This document shows positions 24,228-34,996 of a stretch of DNA of 35,975 nt, piece after piece. The notes under the pieces are model-generated. The model made no database searches and had not been told where the DNA came from. It saw only the letters and a program-made list of their open reading frames with translations. This stretch comes from Chthoniobacterales bacterium (GTDB lineage: Bacteria > Verrucomicrobiota > Verrucomicrobiia > Chthoniobacterales > JACTMZ01). The stretch's first letter is position 1. The number at the start of each line of letters is the position of its first letter. The translations under genes were made by a program, and so were the position numbers. The stretch is taken from NCBI GenBank assembly GCA_017853515.1, contig JAFMJK010000002.1, forward strand, positions 1 to 35,975, given 5' to 3'.

Positions 24228-25281
24228 ACTGCAGTTCCTCCGGCACGCGCGGAACGAGTTTTTTGATGTTCTCGGCTTCGCGGCGGTGACAGACGAGCAA
24301 CGCGTCGCCCGTGTCGATGACGATGAGATCCTGCACCCCGGCAAGGGCCACATGACGGCGGCCGCTGGAGAAAACAATGTTGTGCGAGGCATCTTGCGCG
24401 ACGACGGGGCAATTGGCCGCGTTGCCGTCGGTGTCGTCGAGGTATTTGGCCACGGCGAGCCAGCTGCCGACATCGTCCCAATCGAAGGTGGCCTCGAGTT
24501 CGAGCACGCGCGCGGCCTTTTCCATGATGGCGTAGTCGACGGAAATTTTCGGCAGCTTGGGGAAATCGCTCTCGAGCAAAGCGGCAAGATCTTTGGTCGT
24601 GCGCATACGCGCAACGAACGCGGCGAGCTCGGGCGCGTGCTTGGTCAGCTCGCCCATGATCGCGGGGATCGACCAGATGAACATGCCGGCATTCCAGCGG
24701 AAGTTGCCCTGCTTGAGGAAAGACTCCGCCATTTCGGGATTCGGTTTTTCGCGGAAGCGTTTGACCTCGTAGATGGCGGGATTCTCCGCAACGAGTTTGC
24801 CCTGCTCGATGTAGCCGAAACCGGGGCAGGCCCAGGTCGGCTTGATGCCGATGGTGAGCAAAGCTCCCGAATCCGCCGCGGCTTGGGCACCCGCGAGCAG
24901 ATCGCGGCGAAAGGCGGCGTCATCTTCGATCAGGTGATCGGCGGGCAGCACGGCCATGACCGCCTGCGGGTCGCGCCGCAGGATCAAGCCGACCCCGAGC
25001 GCCACGGCGGGCGCGGTGTCTCGTTTGGCCGGCTCGGCCACGATGTTTTCCGCGGGCAGACCGGAACAAGCGGCTCGCACCGCGGTTTCCTGCTCGCGGT
25101 TGGTCAGGACAAAAATGCGGTCGGGCGGAACGTCTTTGCCCAGCCGCTCGATGGTTTCCTCCAGCATGGTGCGCTCGGAAAAAAGTTTGAGCAGCTGCTT
25201 GGGGCGAGCGCGGCGGCTATAGGGCCAGAAACGCTCGCCGCTTCCGCCGGCGAGAATGAGGACATGGAGCTGCGCGGACAT
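24226..25281 (-). CDS. Mannose-1-phosphate guanylyltransferase (nucleotidyltransferase domain only, no PMI cupin)
   Basis: LHVLILAGGSGERFWPYSRRARPKQLL, EPAKRDTAPAV, and GYIE.... The start is at MSAQLHV (ATG at the complement of 25279-25281). Confidence 0.8.
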   Translation of the reverse strand: MSAQLHVLILAGGSGERFWPYSRRARPKQLLKLFSERTMLEETIERLGKDVPPDRIFVLTNREQETAVRAACSGLPAENIVAEPAKRDTAPAVALGVGLILRRDPQAVMAVLPADHLIEDDAAFRRDLLAGAQAAADSGALLTIGIKPTWACPGFGYIEQGKLVAENPAIYEVKRFREKPNPEMAESFLKQGNFRWNAGMFIWSIPAIMGELTKHAPELAAFVARMRTTKDLAALLESDFPKLPKISVDYAIMEKAARVLELEATFDWDDVGSWLAVAKYLDDTDGNAANCPVVAQDASHNIVFSSGRRHVALAGVQDLIVIDTGDALLVCHRREAENIKKLVPRVPEELQ

Positions 25282-25357
25282 GGCCGCATGAGACGATTTT
25301 CCGGTCCGCCCTGCAATCCCTCTCGGTGTTCGGCGACGAATGCGGGTTGCGCCCGCC

Positions 25358-25681
25358 ATGAAAACAAGCTATGGGTTCCGAATCATGGCTCCCCTTCTGG
25401 AAAGATTCACACAGAACCTGTCCGCCACTTCCGTCGCGGCCGCGGCCGAGATGGCTGTGGGCGTCGGCGCCGGTCTGCTTCTTGCCGACCAACTGGGCAA
25501 AGATTCGCGCCAACGGCTCGGTCTCGTCGCGCTCGTCGCGGGTCTGGCCGCGACCGTTCCGTTGCTCATCGGCGCGGGCGTGCGCGTCAACCGCGAGTTG
25601 GGCGAAGGCCGCCGCACGCGGCGCCGGTTGGAGACGATCCGTCACGATCACGGCTTCCCGGACGACGGCGACTTCTATTGA
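25358..25681 (+). CDS. Hypothetical small membrane protein
   Basis: The ORF has two hydrophobic helices (AAAEMAVGVGAGLLLA and LVALVAGLAATVPLLIGAGV). Its TGA stop (25679-25681) overlaps the TTG start proposed for maf (25678-25680). The start codon is uncertain (25340, 25358 or 25385). Confidence 0.4.
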   Translation: MKTSYGFRIMAPLLERFTQNLSATSVAAAAEMAVGVGAGLLLADQLGKDSRQRLGLVALVAGLAATVPLLIGAGVRVNRELGEGRRTRRRLETIRHDHGFPDDGDFY

Positions 25682-26256
25682 TCCCGCCGCTGGTCCTCGC
25701 CTCGCGTTCGCCGCGCAGACGCGAACTTCTCCTCGCCGCCGGCATCGGTGACGTCACCATCGCGCCGTCCGCGGCGGAGGAAAGCAACGACGCCTCCGCC
25801 GGACTCGCCGCGCTGGTGCTTTCCAACGCGCGCCTCAAAGCAAACGAGGTGGCCGCGCGGCATCCGCGGTCCGTCGTGCTCGGGGCCGATACGCTCGTCT
25901 GGCTGGAAGGCGAACCGCTGGGCAAACCGGAGAACATCGCGGCGGCGGGCAGGATGCTCGCGCGTCTCTCCGGTCGCGTGCACGAGGTTTGCACCGGCGT
26001 GAGTCTTCTGCGGCTCGAGCCGCATTTGCAGATCGAGTTCCACGAGACGACGCGCGTGCGTTTCCGCCCGCTGGATGAAACCGCCATCGCGCGTTATCTC
26101 GCCAAAGTCGATGTGCTCGACAAAGCGGGAGCCTATGCGTTGCAGGAACACGGCGAGATGCTTGTCGAATCGGTGGAGGGCAGCCGCACGAACGTGGTCG
26201 GGCTGCCGGTCGCGAGAACCCTGGCGGCCTTGCGGCGCTTCTCGGAGCAGGCCTAG
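25678..26256 (+). CDS. maf: Maf-like nucleoside triphosphate pyrophosphatase / septum formation protein
   Basis: This is the C-terminal 192 codons of the 656-aa tracked ORF. LVLASRSPRRRELL, VLGADTLV, and KAGAYALQE...VEGSRTNVVGLP are present. There is no in-frame ATG near the conserved N-terminus, so I propose the TTG at 25678. Confidence 0.8.
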   Translation: MIPPLVLASRSPRRRELLLAAGIGDVTIAPSAAEESNDASAGLAALVLSNARLKANEVAARHPRSVVLGADTLVWLEGEPLGKPENIAAAGRMLARLSGRVHEVCTGVSLLRLEPHLQIEFHETTRVRFRPLDETAIARYLAKVDVLDKAGAYALQEHGEMLVESVEGSRTNVVGLPVARTLAALRRFSEQA

Positions 26257-26265
26257 ACTGCGCCT

Positions 26266-27930
26266 ATGACCCCTCCCGGCACAAGCAAGCACCGCGGCAA
26301 AATCGTCGATCTGGAGAAGCGCAAGATTTACCCCGGCTACATCGAGGTAAAGGGCGGGAAAATTGTCACTGTGCGCGAAGACCACAGCATCACGGAACAA
26401 GGCTATCTCTGCCCCGGCTTCGTCGATGCCCACGTGCACATCGAGAGTTCGATGCTCACCCCGCCGGAATTCGCCCGCATCGCGGTGATCCACGGCACGG
26501 TGGCCACGGTGTCCGACCCGCACGAGATCGCCAACGTGCTCGGCATCGAGGGCGTCCGTTACATGCAGAAGCTCGCCGCCCAGACGCCGTGCAAAATCCA
26601 CTTCGGCATCCCTTCGTGCGTCCCCGCGACGAACTTCGAGACGGCCGGCGCGACATTGGGGCCGGAGGCGATCGAGGAACTCTGCGCCGACCCGTCTCTC
26701 TTGTATCTCTCCGAAATGATGAACTTCCCAGGCGTGATCCATCGCGACCCGGAGGTGATGAAAAAAATCGAGATCGCGAAAAAGCACGGCAAGCACATCG
26801 ACGGGCACGCGCCGGGACTGCGAGGCGAGGATTTGAAGTCTTATGTCTCCGCGGGCATCGAGACGGACCACGAGTGCTTCCAGATCGACGAGGCGCGGGA
26901 AAAGATCGGCCTCGGTCAGAAAATCCTCATCCGCGAGGGGTCGGCGGCGAAAAATTTCAAAGAGCTCTGGCCTTTGCTCAACGAGCATCCCGGGAAGTGC
27001 ATGTTCTGCAGCGACGACAAGCACCCCGACGAACTTCTCGAGGGGCACATCAACAACCTTTGCGCCCGCGCCGTGGCCAAAGGGGTGACGGCCTTCGACG
27101 CCCTGCGGGCCGCTTGCTTGAATCCCGTGCAGCACTACGGCCTGCGCAGCGGACTGATGCGGCCCGGTGATCCGGCCGACTTCATCCGCTTGCACGACCT
27201 GACCGGTTTCAAGGTCGAGGAAACATGGATCGACGGGAAATGCGTGGCCAAAGGAGGCAAGTCGCTTCTGCCCCGCAGCAAATCGCCGCGGGCCAACAAA
27301 TTCCACACCTCGCCGAAGAAGCCGGAGGATTTTGCCGTGCCGGCGGCCGGGGGAAAGATCCGCATCATCGAAGCAATCGACGGGCAGATTGTGACGGGTG
27401 CCGCCGAGGCGGAAGCGACGGTGCGCGACGGGACGGCCGTGGCCGATCCCGCACACGACATCTTGAAAATCGCGGTGGTCAACCGCTATGCGGACAAACC
27501 GCCGGCCGTCGCCTTCGTGCGCGGCGTGGGGCTGAAGCGCGGCGCGATCGCTTCCAGCGTGGCGCACGATTGCCACAACATCGTGGCGGTCGGCGCCTCC
27601 GACGCGGAACTGGCGCGCGCGGTCAATCTTCTCGTCGCCAACGAGGGCGGAATCGCCGTGGCGGCCGACGGCAGGGAGGACAAAGTGCTTCCCCTCCCCG
27701 TGGCCGGGCTGATGAGCGACGGCTATGCCGAGGACGTGGCCGATGGCTACGCCGATTTGACGCGCGAGGCGAAAGAGCTGGGCAGCAAACTGCACGCGCC
27801 GTTCATGACGCTTTCATTTCTCGCGCTGCTCGTCATTCCCGCGCTGAAGCTGAGCGATCTCGGATTGTTCGACGGAACCAAGTTCGCTTTCGTGCCGGTC
27901 TTTACCGGAGGTGCCGGGGGAGATTCCTGA
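26266..27930 (+). CDS. ade: Adenine deaminase
   Basis: The 554-aa protein has GFVDAHVHIESSML, VSDPHEIANV, IDGHAPG and TDHE blocks typical of Ade. Confidence 0.85.
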   Translation: MTPPGTSKHRGKIVDLEKRKIYPGYIEVKGGKIVTVREDHSITEQGYLCPGFVDAHVHIESSMLTPPEFARIAVIHGTVATVSDPHEIANVLGIEGVRYMQKLAAQTPCKIHFGIPSCVPATNFETAGATLGPEAIEELCADPSLLYLSEMMNFPGVIHRDPEVMKKIEIAKKHGKHIDGHAPGLRGEDLKSYVSAGIETDHECFQIDEAREKIGLGQKILIREGSAAKNFKELWPLLNEHPGKCMFCSDDKHPDELLEGHINNLCARAVAKGVTAFDALRAACLNPVQHYGLRSGLMRPGDPADFIRLHDLTGFKVEETWIDGKCVAKGGKSLLPRSKSPRANKFHTSPKKPEDFAVPAAGGKIRIIEAIDGQIVTGAAEAEATVRDGTAVADPAHDILKIAVVNRYADKPPAVAFVRGVGLKRGAIASSVAHDCHNIVAVGASDAELARAVNLLVANEGGIAVAADGREDKVLPLPVAGLMSDGYAEDVADGYADLTREAKELGSKLHAPFMTLSFLALLVIPALKLSDLGLFDGTKFAFVPVFTGGAGGDS

Positions 27931-27942
27931 AAGATCAGGCGG

Positions 27943-27967
27943 ATCGCGCCGTCCCGGCGCGATTTTC
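27943..27967 (+). terminator. Hairpin terminator candidate after ade
   Basis: ATCGCGCCG-tcc-CGGCGCGAT (9-bp stem) is followed by TTTCCCC. It begins 13 nt after the ade stop. Confidence 0.45.
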
Positions 27968-28025
27968 CCCGAGCAATCGCGATGGGCACATCGCGATCCA
28001 CCTGGAGCGTTTTAAAAAGCTGCGG

Positions 28026-28070
28026 TTTTTGTGTTGTCTTCGGCGCCGGAGACGGCGCCGCCACACAAAA
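28026..28070. repeat. Interrupted inverted repeat between convergent ade and dnaB
   Basis: TTTTGTGT-tgtcttc-GGCGCCG-gaga-CGGCGCC-gcc-ACACAAAA. There is no trailing U-tract on either strand beyond the outer arms, so terminator function is uncertain. Confidence 0.4.
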
Positions 28071-28088
28071 TACTAACCCGCGCTGAAA

Positions 28089-29612
28089 TCACTCGCCCTC
28101 GTAGGACGAAGGTTCGGAGCTGCGTTCGAAAGCGGCGTTCTCGAAGCGCGTGTATTCCTTGATGAAGGTGAGCGGAACTTCCCCGATCGGGCCGTTGCGC
28201 TGCTTGGCGATGATGAGTTCGGCTTTGCCGGCGAGGTCCGACTTCGCCTCCTCGTCCTCCTCGTAAACTTCGGGACGGACGAGCAGCCCGACCAGGTCCG
28301 CATCCTGCTCGAGCGACCCGGATTCACGCAGGTCGGACATGCGCGGTTTTCCGCCGCCGCGCTGTTCGGGCTGGCGGTTGAGCTGGGCGAGGACGATCAC
28401 GGGAATCTCCAGTTCCTTGGCCAAGGCCTTGATGCCGGCGGAGATTTCGGCGATTTCGATCTGGCGGTTGTCCTGCCCGCGTTTGGACGTCGAGCGGCAC
28501 AGCTGCAGATAGTCGATCGCAATGAGTTCGACGCGCTGCCGCTCGCGCATGCGGCGGGCCTTGGCGCGGAGATCGAGGATGGTGAGGCCGGGCGTGTCGT
28601 CGATGAAGATATTGCTTTCGCTCAGCGCGGCGGCGGCGTCGTTGAGCTTGCCGTGCTCGGCGCGGGCCAGCATGCCGGAGCGGATTTTTTTCATGTTCAC
28701 CCGCGCGCGCGAGCAAAGCATGCGCTGCACGAGTTGCTGCGTGCTCATCTCGAGACTGAAGACCCCGACCGGTTTCGGTTCTTCCAGATCCAGGGCGACG
28801 TGCTCGACGATGTTCATGGCCAGCGCGGTTTTGCCCATGGAGGGCCGCGCGGCGACGATGATCATCTCGCCGGGATGCAGGCCGTCGGTCATCTGGTCGA
28901 AAAGGGTGAAGCCCGTGGCCAGCCCGCTGATGCGACCGCGCTGCTGATACATCTTCTCGATGTTTTCCAGCGCGGTGAAAACCTCGTCGCGCATGAGGGG
29001 CGCGCCCTTGCGCAGGCGTTGCTCTCCGATGGTGAAAATTTCGCGTTCGACGTCGTCGAGCAACTGCGGGACATCGGCCTGCTCCTCGTAGCAGCGCGCG
29101 GCGGAGGTGGTGCAGGCCGCGATCATTTTGCGCAGGAGCGATTTTTCGCGGACGATTTCGAGATAGTGCGGCGCATTGGCCGCGGTCGGGACATAGCCGT
29201 AAAGTTCGGTCACGGCCCCGGGTCCGCCGACCGTATCGAGCTGCCCGAGATCGCGCAGGCGGTTGGTCAGCGTGATGACATCAACCTCGTGGTTGGCGTT
29301 CCACATTTCGAGGAGCACGCGGAAAATGGTTCCGTGGGCCGGCGAATAGAAAGCATCCTCGCCGATCTGGTCGGCGCAATCGTTGAGCACTTCGCGCGGC
29401 GAGAGCAGGATCGATCCGAGCAAACCTTTCTCCGCATCGATGGCCTGCGGCAACGGACGATGCGGGTCGGTGGACGCCGCGGCAGGCTTCGGTGCGCCGT
29501 TTCCGTTACGCCGCGGCGGCGACGTGCGCCGTGCGGCGGCACCGGTGAGATCGACGGGGGGTATCATGGGGATTCGGGACGGCACGCGGACTATTCCGCG
29601 CGCTGAAGACAA
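28089..29612 (-). CDS. dnaB: Replicative DNA helicase DnaB
   Basis: PQAIDAEKGLLGSILL, Walker A AARPSMGKTALAMNI, LELIAIDYLQL-type block VELIAIDYLQL, and RESGSLEQDAD. About 55 non-conserved N-terminal residues may indicate a later start (alternative at 29567). At 507 aa there is no room for an intein. Confidence 0.9.
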   Translation of the reverse strand: MSSARGIVRVPSRIPMIPPVDLTGAAARRTSPPRRNGNGAPKPAAASTDPHRPLPQAIDAEKGLLGSILLSPREVLNDCADQIGEDAFYSPAHGTIFRVLLEMWNANHEVDVITLTNRLRDLGQLDTVGGPGAVTELYGYVPTAANAPHYLEIVREKSLLRKMIAACTTSAARCYEEQADVPQLLDDVEREIFTIGEQRLRKGAPLMRDEVFTALENIEKMYQQRGRISGLATGFTLFDQMTDGLHPGEMIIVAARPSMGKTALAMNIVEHVALDLEEPKPVGVFSLEMSTQQLVQRMLCSRARVNMKKIRSGMLARAEHGKLNDAAAALSESNIFIDDTPGLTILDLRAKARRMRERQRVELIAIDYLQLCRSTSKRGQDNRQIEIAEISAGIKALAKELEIPVIVLAQLNRQPEQRGGGKPRMSDLRESGSLEQDADLVGLLVRPEVYEEDEEAKSDLAGKAELIIAKQRNGPIGEVPLTFIKEYTRFENAAFERSSEPSSYEGE

Positions 29613-29663
29613 GATTGTGCGCCCCCGGAGGCGGCGCGGTCAAATGCCGAGACGGAAAATGTC

Positions 29664-30218
29664 TCAGGCCGCGGAAGATTCGTCCGCTTCCTTCTTGGGA
29701 GCGCGGCGGGCGCGCGGCTTTCTGCCCTCTTCGTCTTCCTCTTCCCCGGCGGGGGCGGAGGGCGTCTTCGCCGTGACGGAGACCTTCAACTTGGCGTGGA
29801 CTTCGGAATGCAGGCGGACGTCGACGGTGAAATCCCCCGACTCCTTGAGCGGGCGCTCGAGGGAAATGCGGTGGCGGTCGATTTCGTGGCCGGTCTCGGC
29901 TTTGAGTTTCTCCGCGATGTCCTTGGCTGTGACGGCGCCGAAGGATTTGCCGCTTTCGCCGGTTTCGAGAACGAAGGAAAGTTTGGCTTTGGAAAGACGG
30001 CGGCCGAGTTCTTCGGCTTCGTTCAGTTCGCGCGCTTCGCGCTCGGCGCGGCGCGCCTTGAGGGAATTGGTCATGCGCAACGCGCCGGCAGTGACTTCAT
30101 GGGCCATCCCGCGGGGAATGAGAAAGTTGCGGGCGTGTCCGCGGCGGACTTTAACGATATCTGCCTCGGCTCCCAAGCCGGGCACGAGGGTGGTCAGAAT
30201 GACTTCGGTTTGTGACAT
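29664..30218 (-). CDS. rplI: 50S ribosomal protein L9 with a charged C-terminal extension
   Basis: This is the last 184 codons of the 492-aa tracked ORF. MSQTEVILTTLVPGLGAEADIVKVRRGHARNFLIPRGMA is the canonical L9 N-domain. A ~34-aa E/K/R-rich tail follows (29667-29768). Confidence 0.85.
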   Translation of the reverse strand: MSQTEVILTTLVPGLGAEADIVKVRRGHARNFLIPRGMAHEVTAGALRMTNSLKARRAEREARELNEAEELGRRLSKAKLSFVLETGESGKSFGAVTAKDIAEKLKAETGHEIDRHRISLERPLKESGDFTVDVRLHSEVHAKLKVSVTAKTPSAPAGEEEDEEGRKPRARRAPKKEADESSAA

Positions 30219-30282
30219 GATCGGAAAGAAATGGAACGGCCGGATAGAATGCCCGAAGCACAGGCGCGATGTCAATCTCCAC

Positions 30283-31233
30283 TCAACCCGCCGCCAGCCG
30301 GACGGGCTCGAATAACTCTGTCCGCAGCCGCGCCGAAAGCTCGTTTCCCCGGTCGAGAGGGGCCAGCGGTCCGGCCTCCTCCAACCAGTCGAGGCGCACG
30401 GGAGGGCGCCCGGCCAGACCGGCCGGGGCATCGCCCGCCCGGACGGGCCACCAGACAATGGTCGGAACACAAAGACGTTCCGTCTCGGGCATCGGGCCCA
30501 GACGAAAACGACCAGACATGATGCGCGCCAAAGCCCATTCGGCCCCGTATTGCCGGGCGAAGGACGCGTAAACCGAAACCGCCTCGGCAAGGTCGATCGG
30601 ATCGCCCGCGCTGCGACGCCTGGCCAGCCAGCGTTCGATGCATGCGGGCTTGGCCAAGTATCGCTCGTAAATCCAGCGGCGTCCGCGCGCCGACCAAGCC
30701 GTGGCCCGAAGCGGCGCGGGAACCCACGGGGCGAGCCAGTCGGCGGTGCCCGCCGGATGAAAAAGAAACAGACGCGAGGCGAGCTCGGGATGCTGCGCGG
30801 AAGCGAGGCAGGCCAGCGCCGCGCCGACGCCCGATCCGACGAGCACGGGTCGGCGTCCGCCGCAGGTCGCGCGGATAAATTCCTGCAAGCTCTGCGCGTA
30901 ATCCTCGGCGCGCAATGCGCGGTCGGGGCGTTCGCTCTCGCCGAAACCGATCCAATCCGGCGCGAGCACGCGATGCGTCCCGGCGAATTCCGGGTAAACT
31001 TTCGACCATTCGTAGGACGCCGCGCCGGGGAAAAAGTCGTGGAGAAAAACGATCGGTTCCCCCTCGCCGCTCGCGTGGTAGACGATCTGCCCTCGGGTGG
31101 TCCGCTGCACGCGACGGGCGAAGACGGCCGGCGAAATGACATCGGGGAGCGAGGGCTGCGGCGCCGGGCGCGCGCGCAAGCGCAAGGCGACGACGGCCGC
31201 GCCGAGGAGACCCGCTCCCAGGCCCATGCCCAT
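30283..31233 (-). CDS. Alpha/beta-hydrolase fold protein with an N-terminal membrane anchor or signal
   Basis: This is the last 316 codons of the 687-aa tracked ORF. IVFLHDFFPGAASYEW is an HG-like loop. RVLAPDWIGFGES is present. PVLVGSGVGAALA sits at the nucleophile elbow position. Confidence 0.65.
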   Translation of the reverse strand: MGMGLGAGLLGAAVVALRLRARPAPQPSLPDVISPAVFARRVQRTTRGQIVYHASGEGEPIVFLHDFFPGAASYEWSKVYPEFAGTHRVLAPDWIGFGESERPDRALRAEDYAQSLQEFIRATCGGRRPVLVGSGVGAALACLASAQHPELASRLFLFHPAGTADWLAPWVPAPLRATAWSARGRRWIYERYLAKPACIERWLARRRSAGDPIDLAEAVSVYASFARQYGAEWALARIMSGRFRLGPMPETERLCVPTIVWWPVRAGDAPAGLAGRPPVRLDWLEEAGPLAPLDRGNELSARLRTELFEPVRLAAG

Positions 31234-31262
31234 GCTTTTTTTCCAGAGTGCCGCCACGCCCG

Positions 31263-32278
31263 TCAGACAAATTGCACCCTGCGCGGTCCCTTGGCCACCT
31301 CGCCCACGATACGGCCGCCAAGTTTTTCCGCGGTGCGGGCCGCATCCTTGGCCGGGACGACCAGCACCATGCCGGTGCCCATGTTGAAGACGCGGAACAT
31401 CTCGTCTTCGGCCACACGCCCTTTTTCCGCGATGAGGCGGAAAATGTGCGGCACGCGCAACTTTTTGCGCTCGATGACCGCGCCGAGGCCCGCGGGCAAA
31501 GCGCGCGGCAAATTGTCCGGCAGACCGCCGCCGGTGATGTGCGCGGCGGCACGCACGAGACCCGCGGGCAGCGAGCGCAGCGCGGGTTCGTAGTTGCGGT
31601 GCACGCGGAGAAGTTCCGAGGCGACCGTGCAGCGCGAACCGGGAAGACGGTCGTTCACGCGCAATTTCATTTTTCCGAGCAGAACGCGACGCGCCAGCGT
31701 GTAACCGTTCGTGTGGAGCCCGTTGGAGGGAAGCGCGATCAATTTGTCGCCCGCACGCACGCGCGAGCCGTCGAGGATGCGCGCACGGTCGACGACGCCG
31801 ACGATGCATCCGACCAGGTCGTAGTCCTGACCGCGGTAAAGTCCGGGCATCTGCGCGGTTTCGCCGCCGAGCAACGCGCAACCGGCGCGGCGGCAGGCAC
31901 GGGCCAGGCCGGCCACGACGGAGGTGAAAACGCGCGGATCGAGTTTGCCCGCGCCGATGTAATCCAGAAAGAAAAGCGGGCGCGCGCCCATCACCGCGAT
32001 GTCGTTGACGCAGTGGTTGACCAGATCTTCGCCCACCGTGTCGTGCTTCCCGGCCAGAACGGCGATGTTCAACTTGGTGCCCACGCCGTCCATGCTCGCC
32101 ACCAACACCGGATCTTTCATCCCGGGAAAACTCGCGCGGAAAAGTCCGCCGAACGCGCCGATGCCCCCGAGGACGCGCGGGCCGTGCGTCGCGCGCACCA
32201 GCGCCGGCAACGTGTCCTTGAGCGCGTTGCCCAGGCCGATGTCGACGCCCGCTTTGGCGTAAGCCGAAGATTTCTTTT

Positions 32279-32282
<4 letters not shown>
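31263..32282 (-). CDS. purM: Phosphoribosylformylglycinamidine cyclo-ligase (AIR synthetase)
   Basis: YAKAGVDI, SMDGVGTKL, and DLVNHCVNDIAVMGARPLFFLDY. The start at MKKKSS (32282) overlaps the purF stop as ATGA. Confidence 0.9.
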
Positions 32283-33745
<1,463 letters not shown>

Positions 33746-33836
33746 GGAAAGAGCGTGCAGATTATCGTGCGGAGTTATTTTGGCAATTCACCGCTCGCTT
33801 GCCCCGCCGTCGACCGCGACGCAGCATGGCGGGTCA

Positions 33837-34295
33837 ATGGCGAAAAAATACCGCCCCAATGTCGCCGCCATCATCTGCCGCCCCGACGGCCGCGTGCTGA
33901 TTTGCCGTCGATCGGACTACCCGGAAAGCTGGCAATTTCCCCAAGGCGGATTGGATCGGGGCGAGGACCCGGCAGAGGCCCTGCACAGGGAGGTCGCAGA
34001 AGAAATCGCCCTCCCGCCCTCGGCCTACGATGTTGCCGGGTGCAAAGGTCCTTACCGTTATGATTTCCCGACCGGTCCCGACCGCCGGGGCTTCCGCGGA
34101 CAGGAGCAGACCTATTTTCTGTGCCGTTTGAGGGAGGGCGCCGAGGGCGCCGTGCAACCGGGCCGCGGCTGCGGGGAGTTCACCGAGGCTCGATGGGTCG
34201 AAGTCGACCGATTTCCCTACGAGTTGGTCCCTCCCATGAAAGAGGCGGTTTACCGACAGGTCATGCGGGACTTTTTCGCCGCGGGCGGTGAATGA
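33837..34295 (+). CDS. rppH: RNA pyrophosphohydrolase (Nudix)
   Basis: YRPNVAAIICRPDGRVLICRR...WQFPQGGLDRGEDPAEALHREVAEEIAL contains the Nudix box and is RppH-like overall. The start is at MAKKY (33837). Confidence 0.8.
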   Translation: MAKKYRPNVAAIICRPDGRVLICRRSDYPESWQFPQGGLDRGEDPAEALHREVAEEIALPPSAYDVAGCKGPYRYDFPTGPDRRGFRGQEQTYFLCRLREGAEGAVQPGRGCGEFTEARWVEVDRFPYELVPPMKEAVYRQVMRDFFAAGGE

Positions 34296-34446
34296 CATTG
34301 ACTGGCCGGGCGCAGATCCTATCCTGCGCCGAGTATGTTGAGTTTCGGATCTCTGGCGATTTTTGTGGCCGCTTTGTTCGGGACAGTGTGGTGGGTCAGC
34401 CGCGACGACAGCCGCGGTTCGGATTCTTGATAGATTCGACAAGCCG

Positions 34447-34992
34447 ATGGCCATCGAGACCAGACCAGTCGCCTTGACTCGTTTTGCCTGGGCGCTCAAG
34501 GAACTTCCTCCCGAATCGGGCGAAATTGCCGCGCCGTTCGTCCTTCGCACCGCGGGAGAGCAGGAAGCCGACGAGGCCGTGTCCATCGTGCAATCGAGTT
34601 ACAACCTCGACCCGGAGTGGAGCGGCTGCGCGCTGTACATCAAAGGAACAGTGCTCCCCCTGGTCATGAAGACTCTCGCCAAGGAGCCGACATGCCTCTT
34701 TGTGCAACACGGCAACCGCGTGATCGGTGCCTCCGTCTTCGATTGCGAGCCCGAAGAGGGAGGCGTGCATTTGATCAGCGGACCATGCGTGCTCATCGAA
34801 TACCGCAACCGCGGAATTGGCGGCGCGCTCCTCGCCGCGACCCTCGACGCCCTGCGCGGCCGCGGCGTGAACCAGGCTTTCGGGCAGACCCGGCCCAACA
34901 GTCCTTCGGCCAAGTATCTTTGCACCAAGTTCGGCGGGCGCGCCGTGAAGGAAGAACCGGCCGAACTCGTCACGCAGGCCGACGCGGCCTGA
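34447..34992 (+). CDS. GNAT family N-acetyltransferase
   Basis: The acetyl-CoA motif VLIEYRNRGIGGALLAATLDAL (R-x-x-G-x-G/A) is present. The start is uncertain (ATG at 34447, or an upstream non-ATG codon at 34363). Confidence 0.7.
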   Translation: MAIETRPVALTRFAWALKELPPESGEIAAPFVLRTAGEQEADEAVSIVQSSYNLDPEWSGCALYIKGTVLPLVMKTLAKEPTCLFVQHGNRVIGASVFDCEPEEGGVHLISGPCVLIEYRNRGIGGALLAATLDALRGRGVNQAFGQTRPNSPSAKYLCTKFGGRAVKEEPAELVTQADAA

Positions 34993-34996
34993 GTTT

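Noticed and set aside
25675-27795. 706-aa minus-strand ORF
   Set aside because: It is antisense to maf and adenine deaminase, both of which have clear family motifs on the plus strand. No motifs are recognisable in the antisense product.
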